64,000 nucleotides of DNA, from contig JAGYIV010000012.1 of assembly GCA_018402345.1 (NCBI GenBank), forward strand, positions 309,813 through 373,812, given 5' to 3'. Origin of the DNA: Terrimicrobiaceae bacterium (lineage in GTDB: Bacteria; Verrucomicrobiota; Verrucomicrobiia; Chthoniobacterales; Terrimicrobiaceae). The notes beneath the pieces were generated by a model. That model was not told the DNA's origin. It made no database searches and saw nothing but the letters and a program-made list of their open reading frames with translations. The position numbers were made by a program, and so were the translations under genes. Positions 1 to 9,163 of this stretch are shown here, piece by piece (the first letter of the stretch is position 1; every line of letters starts with the position of its first letter).

Positions 1-812
1 ATCATGGCGTCGGCGTAAATCTCGGCGAGGTAGGGGTCGCCGTGGTCGGGTTCGCGCGTGAAGCGCCGCCAATTGTCGATATTCGGGATCGTCATGTTGG
101 CGATCGCGCCATTGATGCCGGTGAGGAAGCTGTCCATGAGGCTGGGGATGTTGACGACCTTGTCGACTTGCTGGCTGAGGATTTTCGAGTAGTGGCTGGT
201 GCTGCTGAGTTGCTCACCGCCCGAGAGGAGGCGTTCCACGGGCGAGCCGTCATCGATCCCGAACTTGCTGTCTCCCCAGATCAAGCGTCCGATCACCGGG
301 GCGGTGACCTGGGATTGTGGATCGTAGCCGTCCAGGTGATCCGTCCAGCGGAGGCGGTAGAGCGGGGAATCCGTGGAGAATCCCGCCGCGAGCAGGTCCG
401 ACTTGTTACGGTCCCAGACGATGATGTTCGACGCGGGAATGCCCGCTGCGCGGAGGCCCCGGGCGACAGCCTCGACGACAGCTGGTCTTGTGCCGCCCAC
501 AGCACCGCCCGAAGCGGCGACCTTGATGCCCACGCGGTCGGTCGGTTTCACCAGTGTGGCCCAGGCAGCCGCCGGTGAGTTGGTGCCGGTGAGGCGGCAG
601 ACGAGGGCATCGACCATACGCTGGACGATGCGGGTGTTCACAGCGGTTCCGGCGACGGAGTTCGAGTCCATGGTGAAATACACGGCGGACTTCGAGGAGG
701 GTGGTGTGGACTGGGCTGGGGCTGTGGCTGGAAAAAAACACAAAAGCAAGCCGACCCCCGCGAGGAGGCGGGCAAGCGCGGCAGGCCGTTTTGTTGCGGT
801 TGGGAAATGCAC
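1..812 (-). CDS. Secreted DUF362-like protein, partial (3' end lies beyond window start)
   Basis: Hand translation of the minus strand from GTG 812-810 gives an open frame down to position 1. It has a signal-like N-terminus (VHFPTATKRPAALARLLAGVGLLLCFFPATAPAQ) followed by RVGIKVAASGGAVGGTRPAVVEAVARGLRAAGIPASNIIVWDRN. It is absent from the ORF track because no stop falls in the window. The DUF362 assignment rests on recalled family resemblance only. Confidence 0.5.
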   Translation of the reverse strand, partial: MHFPTATKRPAALARLLAGVGLLLCFFPATAPAQSTPPSSKSAVYFTMDSNSVAGTAVNTRIVQRMVDALVCRLTGTNSPAAAWATLVKPTDRVGIKVAASGGAVGGTRPAVVEAVARGLRAAGIPASNIIVWDRNKSDLLAAGFSTDSPLYRLRWTDHLDGYDPQSQVTAPVIGRLIWGDSKFGIDDGSPVERLLSGGEQLSSTSHYSKILSQQVDKVVNIPSLMDSFLTGINGAIANMTIPNIDNWRRFTREPDHGDPYLAEIYADAM

Positions 813-866
813 GACGGCGGCAAACTTATCTCCGGAAGCCCACGGGGACAAGAGGCGGCGGGAAAA

Positions 867-1244
867 TCACTCGGAGAAACCTGTTTTTACCGGCACCTCG
901 ATCGCCTCGCAGACGTCGCGCCAACCGGGAAAATTCCAAGTGTTCGGAAATCCGCTGCATTGGACTGGCTTGACGGGTTGGATACGGCAGTCGCGGCCCT
1001 CGAGGAACACGCAGGATTCGTCCGGGTTGTCGATCAAGGCAAGGCCGTCGCGGCGAGGCCTCAGTCGGGTGAATTTCTCAATGAAGGTGTGCTCGTTCAT
1101 GCCAAGGAACGCCGCGATGGCGGTGATGTCGGCATCGGTGAGCTTCACAAATCCTGGCCAGCGGCAGCAATTCGTGCAGCGCTGGCAGGCGTAGCGGACG
1201 TCAGTCCCCAAGGCGTTTTCCCGGCAGGAGGTAGTTGACGGCAT
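867..1244 (-). CDS. YkgJ-family (UPF0153) cysteine-cluster protein
   Basis: 125-aa ORF with a CQRCTNCC cluster plus distal Cys residues (ESCVFLEGRDCRIQ, PVQCSGFP). ATG at 1244 overlaps the hldD 3' end by 44 nt. Confidence 0.75.
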   Translation of the reverse strand: MPSTTSCRENALGTDVRYACQRCTNCCRWPGFVKLTDADITAIAAFLGMNEHTFIEKFTRLRPRRDGLALIDNPDESCVFLEGRDCRIQPVKPVQCSGFPNTWNFPGWRDVCEAIEVPVKTGFSE

Positions 1245-2286
1245 AGTCGCGGACGGCGTCCTCGAGGGAGGTCATGGGGCGGACATAGCCCGTTTTGCGA
1301 ATCTTCGAGATGTCCGCGCAGGTGTGGTATTGATACTGGTGGCGGATGCTCTCGGGCATGTCGATGTATTCGATGTTTGGTTCCTTACCGAGGGCGGCGA
1401 AGAGGGCGCCAGCCAGATCGTTCCATGTGCGGGCAAAACCGGAGCCGATATTGTAGAGGCCACCGGCGTCCTCGTTTTCCGCGAGGTGGAGTGTCATTTC
1501 CACGGCGTCCTTCACGTAGACGAAATCGCGCATCTGGCCGCCGTCGGGGTATTCCGGCTTGTGGCTTTTGAAGAGGCGAATGCGGCCCGTTTCCTGGATC
1601 TGGTCGAACGCCTTGCAGACGAGGCTGCGCATATCTCCCTTGTGGTATTCGTTTGGGCCGAAGACATTGAAATACTTAATCCCGACGATTTCGGGGAGAA
1701 TCTCCTCGCGGGAGGCGTAGAGATCGAAGAGATGCTTCGAGTAGCCGTAGAGGTTCAAGGGGCGGAGTTTTGAAATATCCTCCGATTTGTCATCCATGCC
1801 CGCCGAACCGTCGCCATAGGTCGCCGCGGAGGAGGCATAGACAAAACGCGACCCCGAGAAGAGCGCCCAGCGGCAGAGGTCCTTGGTGTAGGCGTAGTTG
1901 TTTTCGAGCACGAAATCGGCATCGGTGACGGTTGTCGACGAGCAGGCGCCGAGATGGAAGACCGCGGCGAAGCGGCCGAAGTGGTCCGGATCGTCCTCGA
2001 TGCCCTCCATGAACTCATCCGCCGGGACATAATCCTCAAAGGCGAGAGGCAGGAGGTTTCGCCATTTTTCGTCCTCGCCGAGGCGGTCGGTCACGATGAT
2101 CTGGTCGATGCCACGCTGGTTGAGGGAGTGGACGAGGGCGCTGCCGATGAAGCCGCCTGCGCCGGTGACGAGCACGCGGGCTTTTTCGTGGAGGAGGGAA
2201 TCGTTCGGATTGAGCTTTTTCTCGCCTGAGTGGCGGGAGCGAGTGGATCGGGGGGCGACTTTGAAGGGTGTGTTATGTGAGGCCAT
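1201..2286 (-). CDS. hldD: ADP-L-glycero-D-manno-heptose 6-epimerase
   Basis: 361-aa ORF with Rossmann motif VTGAGGFIGS plus GACSSTT and YASSAATYG motifs typical of HldD/RfaD. It carries an unusual ~45-aa N-terminal extension if the first ATG is used. Confidence 0.85.
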   Translation of the reverse strand: MASHNTPFKVAPRSTRSRHSGEKKLNPNDSLLHEKARVLVTGAGGFIGSALVHSLNQRGIDQIIVTDRLGEDEKWRNLLPLAFEDYVPADEFMEGIEDDPDHFGRFAAVFHLGACSSTTVTDADFVLENNYAYTKDLCRWALFSGSRFVYASSAATYGDGSAGMDDKSEDISKLRPLNLYGYSKHLFDLYASREEILPEIVGIKYFNVFGPNEYHKGDMRSLVCKAFDQIQETGRIRLFKSHKPEYPDGGQMRDFVYVKDAVEMTLHLAENEDAGGLYNIGSGFARTWNDLAGALFAALGKEPNIEYIDMPESIRHQYQYHTCADISKIRKTGYVRPMTSLEDAVRDYAVNYLLPGKRLGD

Positions 2287-2304
2287 GGCGTGATGTTGCG
2301 GGGA

Positions 2305-2946
2305 TCAATCCAACTGAATCCCCAGTGTTTTGAAGGTTTCGTCGAACAGCGAGCATTTTGGGCCGAAGATGTATTTCGCGCCGCGCACGTATTCGCGGGC
2401 CTTCGATGTGTTTCCCCGTTTGTTTTCCCACGCGGCGTGGGCGTAATACCAGGCTGGCGAGTCGCCCGGGTATTTGATCGCCTGCATGATTTTTTTTGCG
2501 CGTTCGTCCTCTCCGAGCAGCATATCGCACAAGGCCACCTTGAACTGGAGCAGTTCGTGGCGGGAGTCGTCCGAGCGCATGGCTTGGAAATGGTCGCGGG
2601 CCTCGCTGTAGTTTTTTTGGAGGAAATGGAGTTCGCCGATGTTGTATAGGGAGGGAAAAAAGCCCGGTTCGACTTCGAGGGATTTGTCAAACACGCTACG
2701 CGCTGTCACGTAGTCCCCTTTTTTCGTGTAAACTGAACCGATGAGATTGAGCACCAGCGGGTCGTTCGGGCGATGGGAATTGATCGCGTCGAGTTTTGCC
2801 AGAGCCTCGTCGTAGTCCTCGTTTTCAAAGTCCTTGAGGATCGCCTCGAGGGCGTTTTCCGAGCGCATTTCCTCGTCGGGTAGCGAGATTTGGGCGTGGA
2901 CGCACCCCGCAAGGGCCAACACCAGCAACGAAACAAAGCGCGTCAT
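2305..2946 (-). CDS. TPR-repeat lipoprotein
   Basis: 213-aa ORF with a lipobox signal peptide (LVLALAGC). Repeated A/Y/L-patterned helices are typical of TPR (ALAKLDAINSHRPNDPLVLNLIGSVYTKKGDY...). Confidence 0.7.
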   Translation of the reverse strand: MTRFVSLLVLALAGCVHAQISLPDEEMRSENALEAILKDFENEDYDEALAKLDAINSHRPNDPLVLNLIGSVYTKKGDYVTARSVFDKSLEVEPGFFPSLYNIGELHFLQKNYSEARDHFQAMRSDDSRHELLQFKVALCDMLLGEDERAKKIMQAIKYPGDSPAWYYAHAAWENKRGNTSKAREYVRGAKYIFGPKCSLFDETFKTLGIQLD

Positions 2947-3063
2947 TCGGATTCAAAGCTTGCTGGGGGATTGCTTGGTCATCAATCCAAAACAAAAGCG
3001 GGTTGCCTGTCGGCAAAAAGTCTTTGCCATGACGCGGCGGCGAGGGCACAAACTTTGCGCTCC

Positions 3064-4401
3064 ATGGCATTTTTAATTCAAGCGAACGAGGGTGCGGATC
3101 CGGCTATTTTACCACTGGGCAGGTCGGTGTTGCTTATTGGCAGGGACGATGAGTCGAATCTGTATCTCGAGGCTTCCGAGATTTCCAAAAACCACGCATC
3201 GATCCTCGGGACGGATGCCGGGTATCTTCTCAAGGACAACGGATCCACGAATGGCACGATCGTCAACGGGCAGAAGGTTTCCGAGTGTCGTTTGGAGCAC
3301 GGTGACACGATCCAATTCGGTCCATATCATTTCCGTGTCGATCTGCGGAATCCGTTGCCTGATCCCCCTGCTTCCATGGAGCAGGCCGAGGTCAAGCATT
3401 CGGGCAATTCCTATACGAATCTCATCAAGTTGAAGGAGGTCAAGGGAGCGGAGAAATCCGGCCAATTGCGTGTCGCTGTTTCCCCGAAGGAGCCAATGGC
3501 CGCCAGGCCAGTGATCGATCTTCCCTGTGCCGGACTGCTTGCCACGATGAGCGCCGACGAGCGGCGGATTCTTGCCGGGTTGGGATCGATGCGAAAGGCG
3601 AATGCCGGAGGCACAATCGTGCAACAGGGCAGCGAGATGAACGAGTTGATCCTGATCCTGAGCGGCAGCCTTGAGGCCCGTCTTGAGGGGGCACCCAAGG
3701 CTTTGGGACGGATCGAGTCCGGGGATTGGATCGGGGAGTTGAACGTGTTCGATCCGGCGGGGGCCGGTTGCTCGGTTGTCGCGCTTGAGGACACAACCTA
3801 TTGGGCGATCTCGCGGTCGAATCTGGAAGGCTTCCTTAGCAGCAACCAGCGGGCCGGCATTCAACTTCTTGTCGGCCTGGCCAACACCCTCGGCAAGCGC
3901 CTCCGTCAATCGCTCGATGGAGCGATGCTTGTCAAGAAGCCCCGGCCTGTTTTCCCTTGGATCGTCGCCTCCGCGGCGACCAGTGTTGCGATTTTGGCGG
4001 GGATTGGATTGTTCAACGAGCGGCAGAATACCGGATTTCGGGTAGCCGAGATGTCCTCGCTGATTTCCGACAGGGATGCGGAATTGAAGTCCGCGCAAGA
4101 GCGGTTGAGTAAGCTCGAGGCGACCTTGAGCCTGAAGCAACCATCCCGTCCCGAGGCGCGTCCGGCACAGTCCGTTCAAGCAAAACAGCCCGAACCCCGG
4201 GTCAATACGCCGCCGAAGAAGGACGCGCCCCCCAGTCCTCCCGATCGTCAAGCCGCCAAGCCGCCCGTGCCCGCAGGGAAGCAAGCCCCGGCATCCACTC
4301 CGACTCCGGTCGCGGGGGGCATTGCCTATCCGCCGGAAGTCATCGTCACCAAAAAGACGCAAGTCCCACTCGAAACGGGGGATTATCCAGTGGCAGCCTG
4401 A
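3064..4401 (+). CDS. FHA domain / cyclic-nucleotide-binding domain membrane protein with Pro-rich tail
   Basis: The ORF-track ORF 2890-4401 was trimmed to ATG 3064 (MAFLIQ). FHA signature: LGRSVLLIGRDDESNLYL...SKNHASI...DNGSTNGTIVNG. CAP-type cNMP domain: GDWIGELNVFDP...SVVALEDT. One TM helix (VFPWIVASAATSVAILAGIGLF), then a coiled coil and a P/A/K-rich C-terminus. Confidence 0.75.
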   Translation: MAFLIQANEGADPAILPLGRSVLLIGRDDESNLYLEASEISKNHASILGTDAGYLLKDNGSTNGTIVNGQKVSECRLEHGDTIQFGPYHFRVDLRNPLPDPPASMEQAEVKHSGNSYTNLIKLKEVKGAEKSGQLRVAVSPKEPMAARPVIDLPCAGLLATMSADERRILAGLGSMRKANAGGTIVQQGSEMNELILILSGSLEARLEGAPKALGRIESGDWIGELNVFDPAGAGCSVVALEDTTYWAISRSNLEGFLSSNQRAGIQLLVGLANTLGKRLRQSLDGAMLVKKPRPVFPWIVASAATSVAILAGIGLFNERQNTGFRVAEMSSLISDRDAELKSAQERLSKLEATLSLKQPSRPEARPAQSVQAKQPEPRVNTPPKKDAPPSPPDRQAAKPPVPAGKQAPASTPTPVAGGIAYPPEVIVTKKTQVPLETGDYPVAA

Positions 4402-4424
4402 CCCTTTCCGAAGGAGTCGAATTG

Positions 4425-4991
4425 ATGGTGCTCGGAGAGGAGGGCGGGGATGTCATTGTTGAGATCGGCGGTGCTTCGAAGAAAATCCCCAAAAACCACA
4501 CGAATTTCTCCGCCGCGCTCGCCGAGGCAATCGCCAACCCGCCCGCACCAACGCCGACTCCAACGCCATCCAAGAAGGAAACCGTGCAATCCACTCCTGT
4601 GCCGAAGCCGACAGAGGCGCCTTCCATGGATGAAGTTCCGAGTGGGCCCGTGACGGTGGAGGACTTGTCGCAGATCGTCGGAATGGTGAAACTTTTGAAT
4701 GTTCTCGAAGAAGTTCAGAACCTGAAAGGCGCTAGCAAGAGCGCGGTCTCGCGGTTTGTCAGGATGCAGGAACCCAGATGGGAGAAGGCCGCCGGGAGCG
4801 CCATGGAATTGCTCGGTCGCGGGGAGGTGCCGCAGGACTACAGTAAGTGGCTCACGAAGTTCATTGAGACGTCCAAGATGTTCAACACCGCGCGATTTCC
4901 GCTGTTGGAAACACAATTGAGCGAACTCGATCGCGAGTGGGTGACATTCCAGGCGAGGGATGCCGGCAACAAGACGCACCAGTCACCGTAG
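4425..4991 (+). CDS. Hypothetical protein with Pro/Thr-rich linker
   Basis: ATG 4425 is preceded by AAGGAG (4411-4416) and lies 21 nt after the FHA gene stop. No family recognised. Codon usage resembles the neighbours. Confidence 0.55.
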   Translation: MVLGEEGGDVIVEIGGASKKIPKNHTNFSAALAEAIANPPAPTPTPTPSKKETVQSTPVPKPTEAPSMDEVPSGPVTVEDLSQIVGMVKLLNVLEEVQNLKGASKSAVSRFVRMQEPRWEKAAGSAMELLGRGEVPQDYSKWLTKFIETSKMFNTARFPLLETQLSELDREWVTFQARDAGNKTHQSP

Positions 4992-5007
4992 CGGGGGGCG
5001 GTTTTAT

Positions 5008-5364
5008 TCAGGGAAAAAGCTCCACGCCGAACTTCTTCGCGACCAGCGCGGTGAGGATGAAGCAGACGAAGGTCAGCAGGGCGCTCCAAAGCAGCGCCCA
5101 CCAGAAGCCCGTGCCCTTGTGGAGAAGCCACGGGAGGAGCAGGAACATCGGCATCGTAGGGATCACATACCAGAAGGTGTAGAGGGCATGGTTGGAAAGT
5201 TTCGCGGTGTCCTGTTTTTCGATGTGCATCCAGACCATGACCATGATGGTGATGAACGGCAGCGAGGCGATGAGAGCGCCGAGGCGGTCGCTTCGTTTGG
5301 CGACCTCCGACACCAGCACGATCACGAGAGCGGTGACCGCGTATTTGGTGATGAGAAGCGTCAT
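5008..5364 (-). CDS. DUF3147-family small membrane protein
   Basis: 118-aa ORF with four hydrophobic helices. Resembles DUF3147 proteins (recalled family). Confidence 0.6.
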   Translation of the reverse strand: MTLLITKYAVTALVIVLVSEVAKRSDRLGALIASLPFITIMVMVWMHIEKQDTAKLSNHALYTFWYVIPTMPMFLLLPWLLHKGTGFWWALLWSALLTFVCFILTALVAKKFGVELFP

Positions 5365-5379
5365 GGCGCCCGGTGGTGG

Positions 5380-6387
5380 TCAGGCCTTGAGCACGATCCG
5401 GTAGCGTGGGCTGCCGTGCTCGAGAAGGTTGAGAGCTGCATTCGCGTCAGACATGTTGAACTCCTGCACGAGCGGGGCGATCTGGTGGCGGGTGCAAAAT
5501 TCGAGCATCTTCGCGGTGGTCGCAGGGCTGCCGAGCGGGGATCCCGAGATGCTGCGCTGGGCCATGATGAGAGGAAACGCGCTCACTGGAATGGGCTCGA
5601 GGACGGCTCCCACGGTATGGAGGCGGCCGCGGGGAGCGAGGGCGTTGATGTAGTCGCTCCACTCCAATGGCACGTTGACGGTGCTCATGATAAAATCGAA
5701 ACGTCCCGCCTCGGCCTTGAGCGCGGAGGCGTCGCGGGAGTTCACCACACGGTGCGCGCCGAGGGCAGCGAGTTCGGCGGATTTGTCTGGGTTGGACGAG
5801 AAGGCGGTGACCTCGCAGCCCCATTTGTTCAAAAATTGCAGGGCAAGATGGCCAAGGCCGCCGATGCCGATCACGCCCACTCGGTCTGTGGGGCGGACAT
5901 CGAATTCGAGGATCGGGTTGAAGACCGTGATGCCGCCGCAGAAGAGCGGACCGGCGGATTCGCCCGGTAGGGCGTCGGGAAGCGGGGTCGCCCAAATCCA
6001 GTGGGTGCGCACAAGGTCCGCGAAGCCGCCGTGGCGGCCGACGATCGTGCCTTGGCCGGTGGTGCAGAGGTTTTGATCCCCGCCGATGCACTGCGGGCAG
6101 GTCATGCAACTTCCCGAGAACCAGCCGAGGCCCACGCGGTCGCCGGGTTTGAGGGATTTGACCATCGCCCCGACCTCCTCCACGCGCCCGACCACCTCGT
6201 GTCCCGGAACAATCGGGTAGGTGGAAATGCCCCAATCGTTGCGAAGCATGCTCAGGTCCGAGTGGCAGATGCCGCAAAACTCGACGCGGATATCCACCTG
6301 TTCTGGGCCGATTTCCGGCAGCGAGTATTCGAAGGGTTCGAGAGAGGATGTTGAATCCTTTGCGGCGTAGGCGTGAACGGTTTTCAT
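5380..6387 (-). CDS. Zn-dependent NAD(P) alcohol dehydrogenase (YahK/cinnamyl-ADH type)
   Basis: Trimmed to ATG 6387 (MKTVHAYAA). Catalytic Zn motif GICHSDL, structural Zn cysteines CMTCPQC, Rossmann motif VGVIGIGGLGH. Confidence 0.85.
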   Translation of the reverse strand: MKTVHAYAAKDSTSSLEPFEYSLPEIGPEQVDIRVEFCGICHSDLSMLRNDWGISTYPIVPGHEVVGRVEEVGAMVKSLKPGDRVGLGWFSGSCMTCPQCIGGDQNLCTTGQGTIVGRHGGFADLVRTHWIWATPLPDALPGESAGPLFCGGITVFNPILEFDVRPTDRVGVIGIGGLGHLALQFLNKWGCEVTAFSSNPDKSAELAALGAHRVVNSRDASALKAEAGRFDFIMSTVNVPLEWSDYINALAPRGRLHTVGAVLEPIPVSAFPLIMAQRSISGSPLGSPATTAKMLEFCTRHQIAPLVQEFNMSDANAALNLLEHGSPRYRIVLKA

Positions 6388-6438
6388 AGTGCGGCGACGA
6401 TGGGGCTTGGGGGATGGGTGGATCAAGCCTTTCCCGCC

Positions 6439-9114
6439 TCAATGGGAGGTATCAAGCGAGAGTCCCGGAGGTGGGGCTTCGCCAAGGAGGCCCGTGCGAT
6501 CGGCGGAGGCAAGGGGGATCGCCTCATGGAGAACGCGGCGGCGGATGTCGGAGATATCCCATTTGCGGAGGAGGTCGTCGATGTGGTGGCGGGTTGGTTT
6601 CGGGACATCGATCGCGCGGAGGCCGGTGAGACGGGCGGCTCGGAGCCAAGCGCCGGCGGCCTCGGGGCGGATCGATTCTCCTGGATCGATGCCCGCGAGC
6701 TGGTCGAAGATTTCCTCCACGAGATCGGGAGTGAGCACCTGTTCGGGGCCGGCATGGATAAGAAGGCGGGAGAGGAGGCGGCCGAGCGCTTTCCAGTAGG
6801 CCGGATTTTGGGGTTTTTCCGAGATGGATGCCGAGAGTCGGCGGGCGATCCAGAAACGCACGTCCACCGGGAGGGACTCGAGCGCTCCGGCGAGGAGGGC
6901 GATTTCAGCGGAGGGGGAGGTGCCTTCGCGCCATTCTTTCGACGCCTCCTCCCAGAGGGCGGTGGCTTGTGGGGTGTCGAGGCCGGCGGCGATGCGGCGG
7001 GCGCAAATCCAGCGTTGGATTTTCACCGCGCCGTTTTTGAAGGCCTGCGGGGGTGTCAGGAGGGAAGCGAGGGACGAGACACGCTCCGGGTCGCCGATCA
7101 TGCCGCAGCCCGGGCGAAGGAACCATCCGGCAAGGTGCAACCAGGTTTCCTCATGATCCGCCGAGGCGAGGCGATGGGGCGCGGCGTCGAGCCAGATGTC
7201 GAACAGGCGGCGCACGATACCGCCGCTCCAAGTCGATTTCTGGGTGCCGAGGAGTTTTTCGCCAGAGGAGAAGACCGTGTTGGCGGTGAGTTTTTGTTTG
7301 GATTTGCGCTCCGGCGAGAGGAGGAGTGCGAGCTGGGTGCCGGCTTGGGAAACGGCATCCGAAAGGTCCGCCGCTTTTCCTTTCGAGGTAGGTTGGGAGC
7401 CACGGAGAGAGAATTCAAGGGGCCAAGGATCGTCCCAGTTGAGGCCCAGTTCGGTGCATAGCAGATCGATGCGGAGGAGGCCGGTCGAGCGCAGGGTCGC
7501 GCGAAGATTCACTCGCACGTTGGGATTCGACGGGGTGCGTTTTCCTTCCGGCGGGGCGAGGATTGTTTCCAGTGGAGGGAGGGGAGTGAACCCCTCGGCA
7601 TCGGTGGGCACCATGGTGCCAGGGGAGTCGCCGGGACGGCGCGGGTTTCGGAGGAGTTCGAACGAGGCCGGTTGGCCAACGAGGGCGCGAAGGCCGGATT
7701 GGCCAGCGGTGAATGGCATTTCCGGAGGCGCATCCTGTGGGAGGAGGCAGAGGGCGGAGGCGTTGCCCGTGGCGATGTAGTAGGCGTGGGAGGATCCCGC
7801 CTCGATGCGCGAGGTGTCGCCGGTGGCGCGGAGGTGGAGGAATCTGGACGCGCCGCAGGCCACGGCGAGGTCTGGGTCGTCGTTCTGAAGCGGGGTCGGT
7901 GGGCGCTCGGGCTGCCAGTGCGCAAGATTTTCGATGATCCTGCTGCGCACGGCGGGAGCCTTGGTGAGGCCGCCATTGAAGAGGATGAAATCGACGGGTG
8001 GGCGATCGCGCAGAAAGTCGCTCAGGTGGCGGGTCACGGCAGGGTCCTTTGCGTAGGGGAGACCCATTTCGCGGAGTCCCGGAGCGGCACGGAGCGGGCG
8101 TTCGCCGGCGGTGACCGCGGGGAAGAAGCCCTCGATGAGGAGGCGGGAGATTTCTGCGGCGGAGATTTCGGTGCGGAGGGTGCCCGCCAGGAGCGAGGCA
8201 CCTGGCTTCGCCACGGCCACCGGCCAGACTTTGGAAGGATCGTGGGCTGCTCCAAGGGCATCCTCCTTGATGTCACGGGCAAGGGCTATGAGTTGGGAAA
8301 AGGTGGTCGGTGGGAGATGCGAGCCGAGTTTTTCCTCAAGGAAATGGGCGAGGGCGAGGTCGAGATTGTCACCGCCGAGGAGGAGGTGGTCACTGACAGC
8401 GATGCGTTGCAGACGAGGCGCGGGGGAATCTGGGCGGGGCTCGATCGAGAAAAGGCTGAGATCGGTCGTGCCGCCGCCGATATCGACGACGAGCACATGG
8501 GACTTCCGTCCACCGGCGGCGAGTTTATCAAAAGCGTCGGGGTCGTTTTCCATCCAGGCATAGAACGCCGCCTGGGGTTCCTCGAGGAGGAGGGTGGAAT
8601 CGGGAAAGCCCGCGAGGCGTGCCGCGTCGAGGGTGAGTTGCTGGGCGACCGGGTCGAAGGAGGCCGGCACGGTGATGGCGAGTTCCTGCTCTGCGAGGCG
8701 TGCAGCCGGGTGCACGGCATTCCAAGCGGCGGCGAGGGTTTCGAGAAGTCGGGCTTGGGCTTCGATCGGGCTGAGTTGGTCGGCGGACGGGATGTCCCCC
8801 GAGCCTTGGGGAAGGAATTTCGCGCGGCGGTCCGTGGCGTGGTGGACGAGCCAGGATTTTGCCGAGTGGATGACGCGGCCGGGAAGTTCGGTGGCCCGCT
8901 GGCGTGCGTGGCGCCCCGCGATCCACGCGCCAGGTGAGGCTTGCGGGGGCAGAAAAAGGAACGAGGGCAGGGTGGGCTGGGTGATGGTCGAGTGGACGGT
9001 TTCCTGCTGGATGAGCGGGAGGACGGTAGTCGCGCCTAGGGACGAGTTGGCTGGAATTGAGGCCAGCGCACAGTTCGTCGTGCCGAGATCGATGCCGATG
9101 CGGAATTGGGTCAT
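6439..9114 (-). CDS. Atypical 891-aa Hsp70-family ATPase with uncharacterised C-terminal half
   Basis: The N-terminal ~430 aa carry Hsp70/actin-fold motifs (IGIDLGTTNCA, VVDIGGGTTDLS, ILFNGGLTKAPAV). The remaining ~450 aa are helical and match no family I recognise. Confidence 0.8.
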   Translation of the reverse strand: MTQFRIGIDLGTTNCALASIPANSSLGATTVLPLIQQETVHSTITQPTLPSFLFLPPQASPGAWIAGRHARQRATELPGRVIHSAKSWLVHHATDRRAKFLPQGSGDIPSADQLSPIEAQARLLETLAAAWNAVHPAARLAEQELAITVPASFDPVAQQLTLDAARLAGFPDSTLLLEEPQAAFYAWMENDPDAFDKLAAGGRKSHVLVVDIGGGTTDLSLFSIEPRPDSPAPRLQRIAVSDHLLLGGDNLDLALAHFLEEKLGSHLPPTTFSQLIALARDIKEDALGAAHDPSKVWPVAVAKPGASLLAGTLRTEISAAEISRLLIEGFFPAVTAGERPLRAAPGLREMGLPYAKDPAVTRHLSDFLRDRPPVDFILFNGGLTKAPAVRSRIIENLAHWQPERPPTPLQNDDPDLAVACGASRFLHLRATGDTSRIEAGSSHAYYIATGNASALCLLPQDAPPEMPFTAGQSGLRALVGQPASFELLRNPRRPGDSPGTMVPTDAEGFTPLPPLETILAPPEGKRTPSNPNVRVNLRATLRSTGLLRIDLLCTELGLNWDDPWPLEFSLRGSQPTSKGKAADLSDAVSQAGTQLALLLSPERKSKQKLTANTVFSSGEKLLGTQKSTWSGGIVRRLFDIWLDAAPHRLASADHEETWLHLAGWFLRPGCGMIGDPERVSSLASLLTPPQAFKNGAVKIQRWICARRIAAGLDTPQATALWEEASKEWREGTSPSAEIALLAGALESLPVDVRFWIARRLSASISEKPQNPAYWKALGRLLSRLLIHAGPEQVLTPDLVEEIFDQLAGIDPGESIRPEAAGAWLRAARLTGLRAIDVPKPTRHHIDDLLRKWDISDIRRRVLHEAIPLASADRTGLLGEAPPPGLSLDTSH

Positions 9115-9163
9115 GGTCGGTCAAGCATCCTATCGAAACCCGAAGCGGATGGACAGGGTGCGA

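Noticed and set aside
3109-4362. 417-aa minus-strand ORF
   Set aside because: It is antisense to the FHA/cNMP gene. It is Arg/Gly/Pro-rich with no motifs.
6373-8937. Plus-strand ORFs of 362 aa (6373-7461) and 421 aa (7672-8937)
   Set aside because: Both are antisense to the Hsp70-like gene, whose ATPase motifs fix the coding strand.
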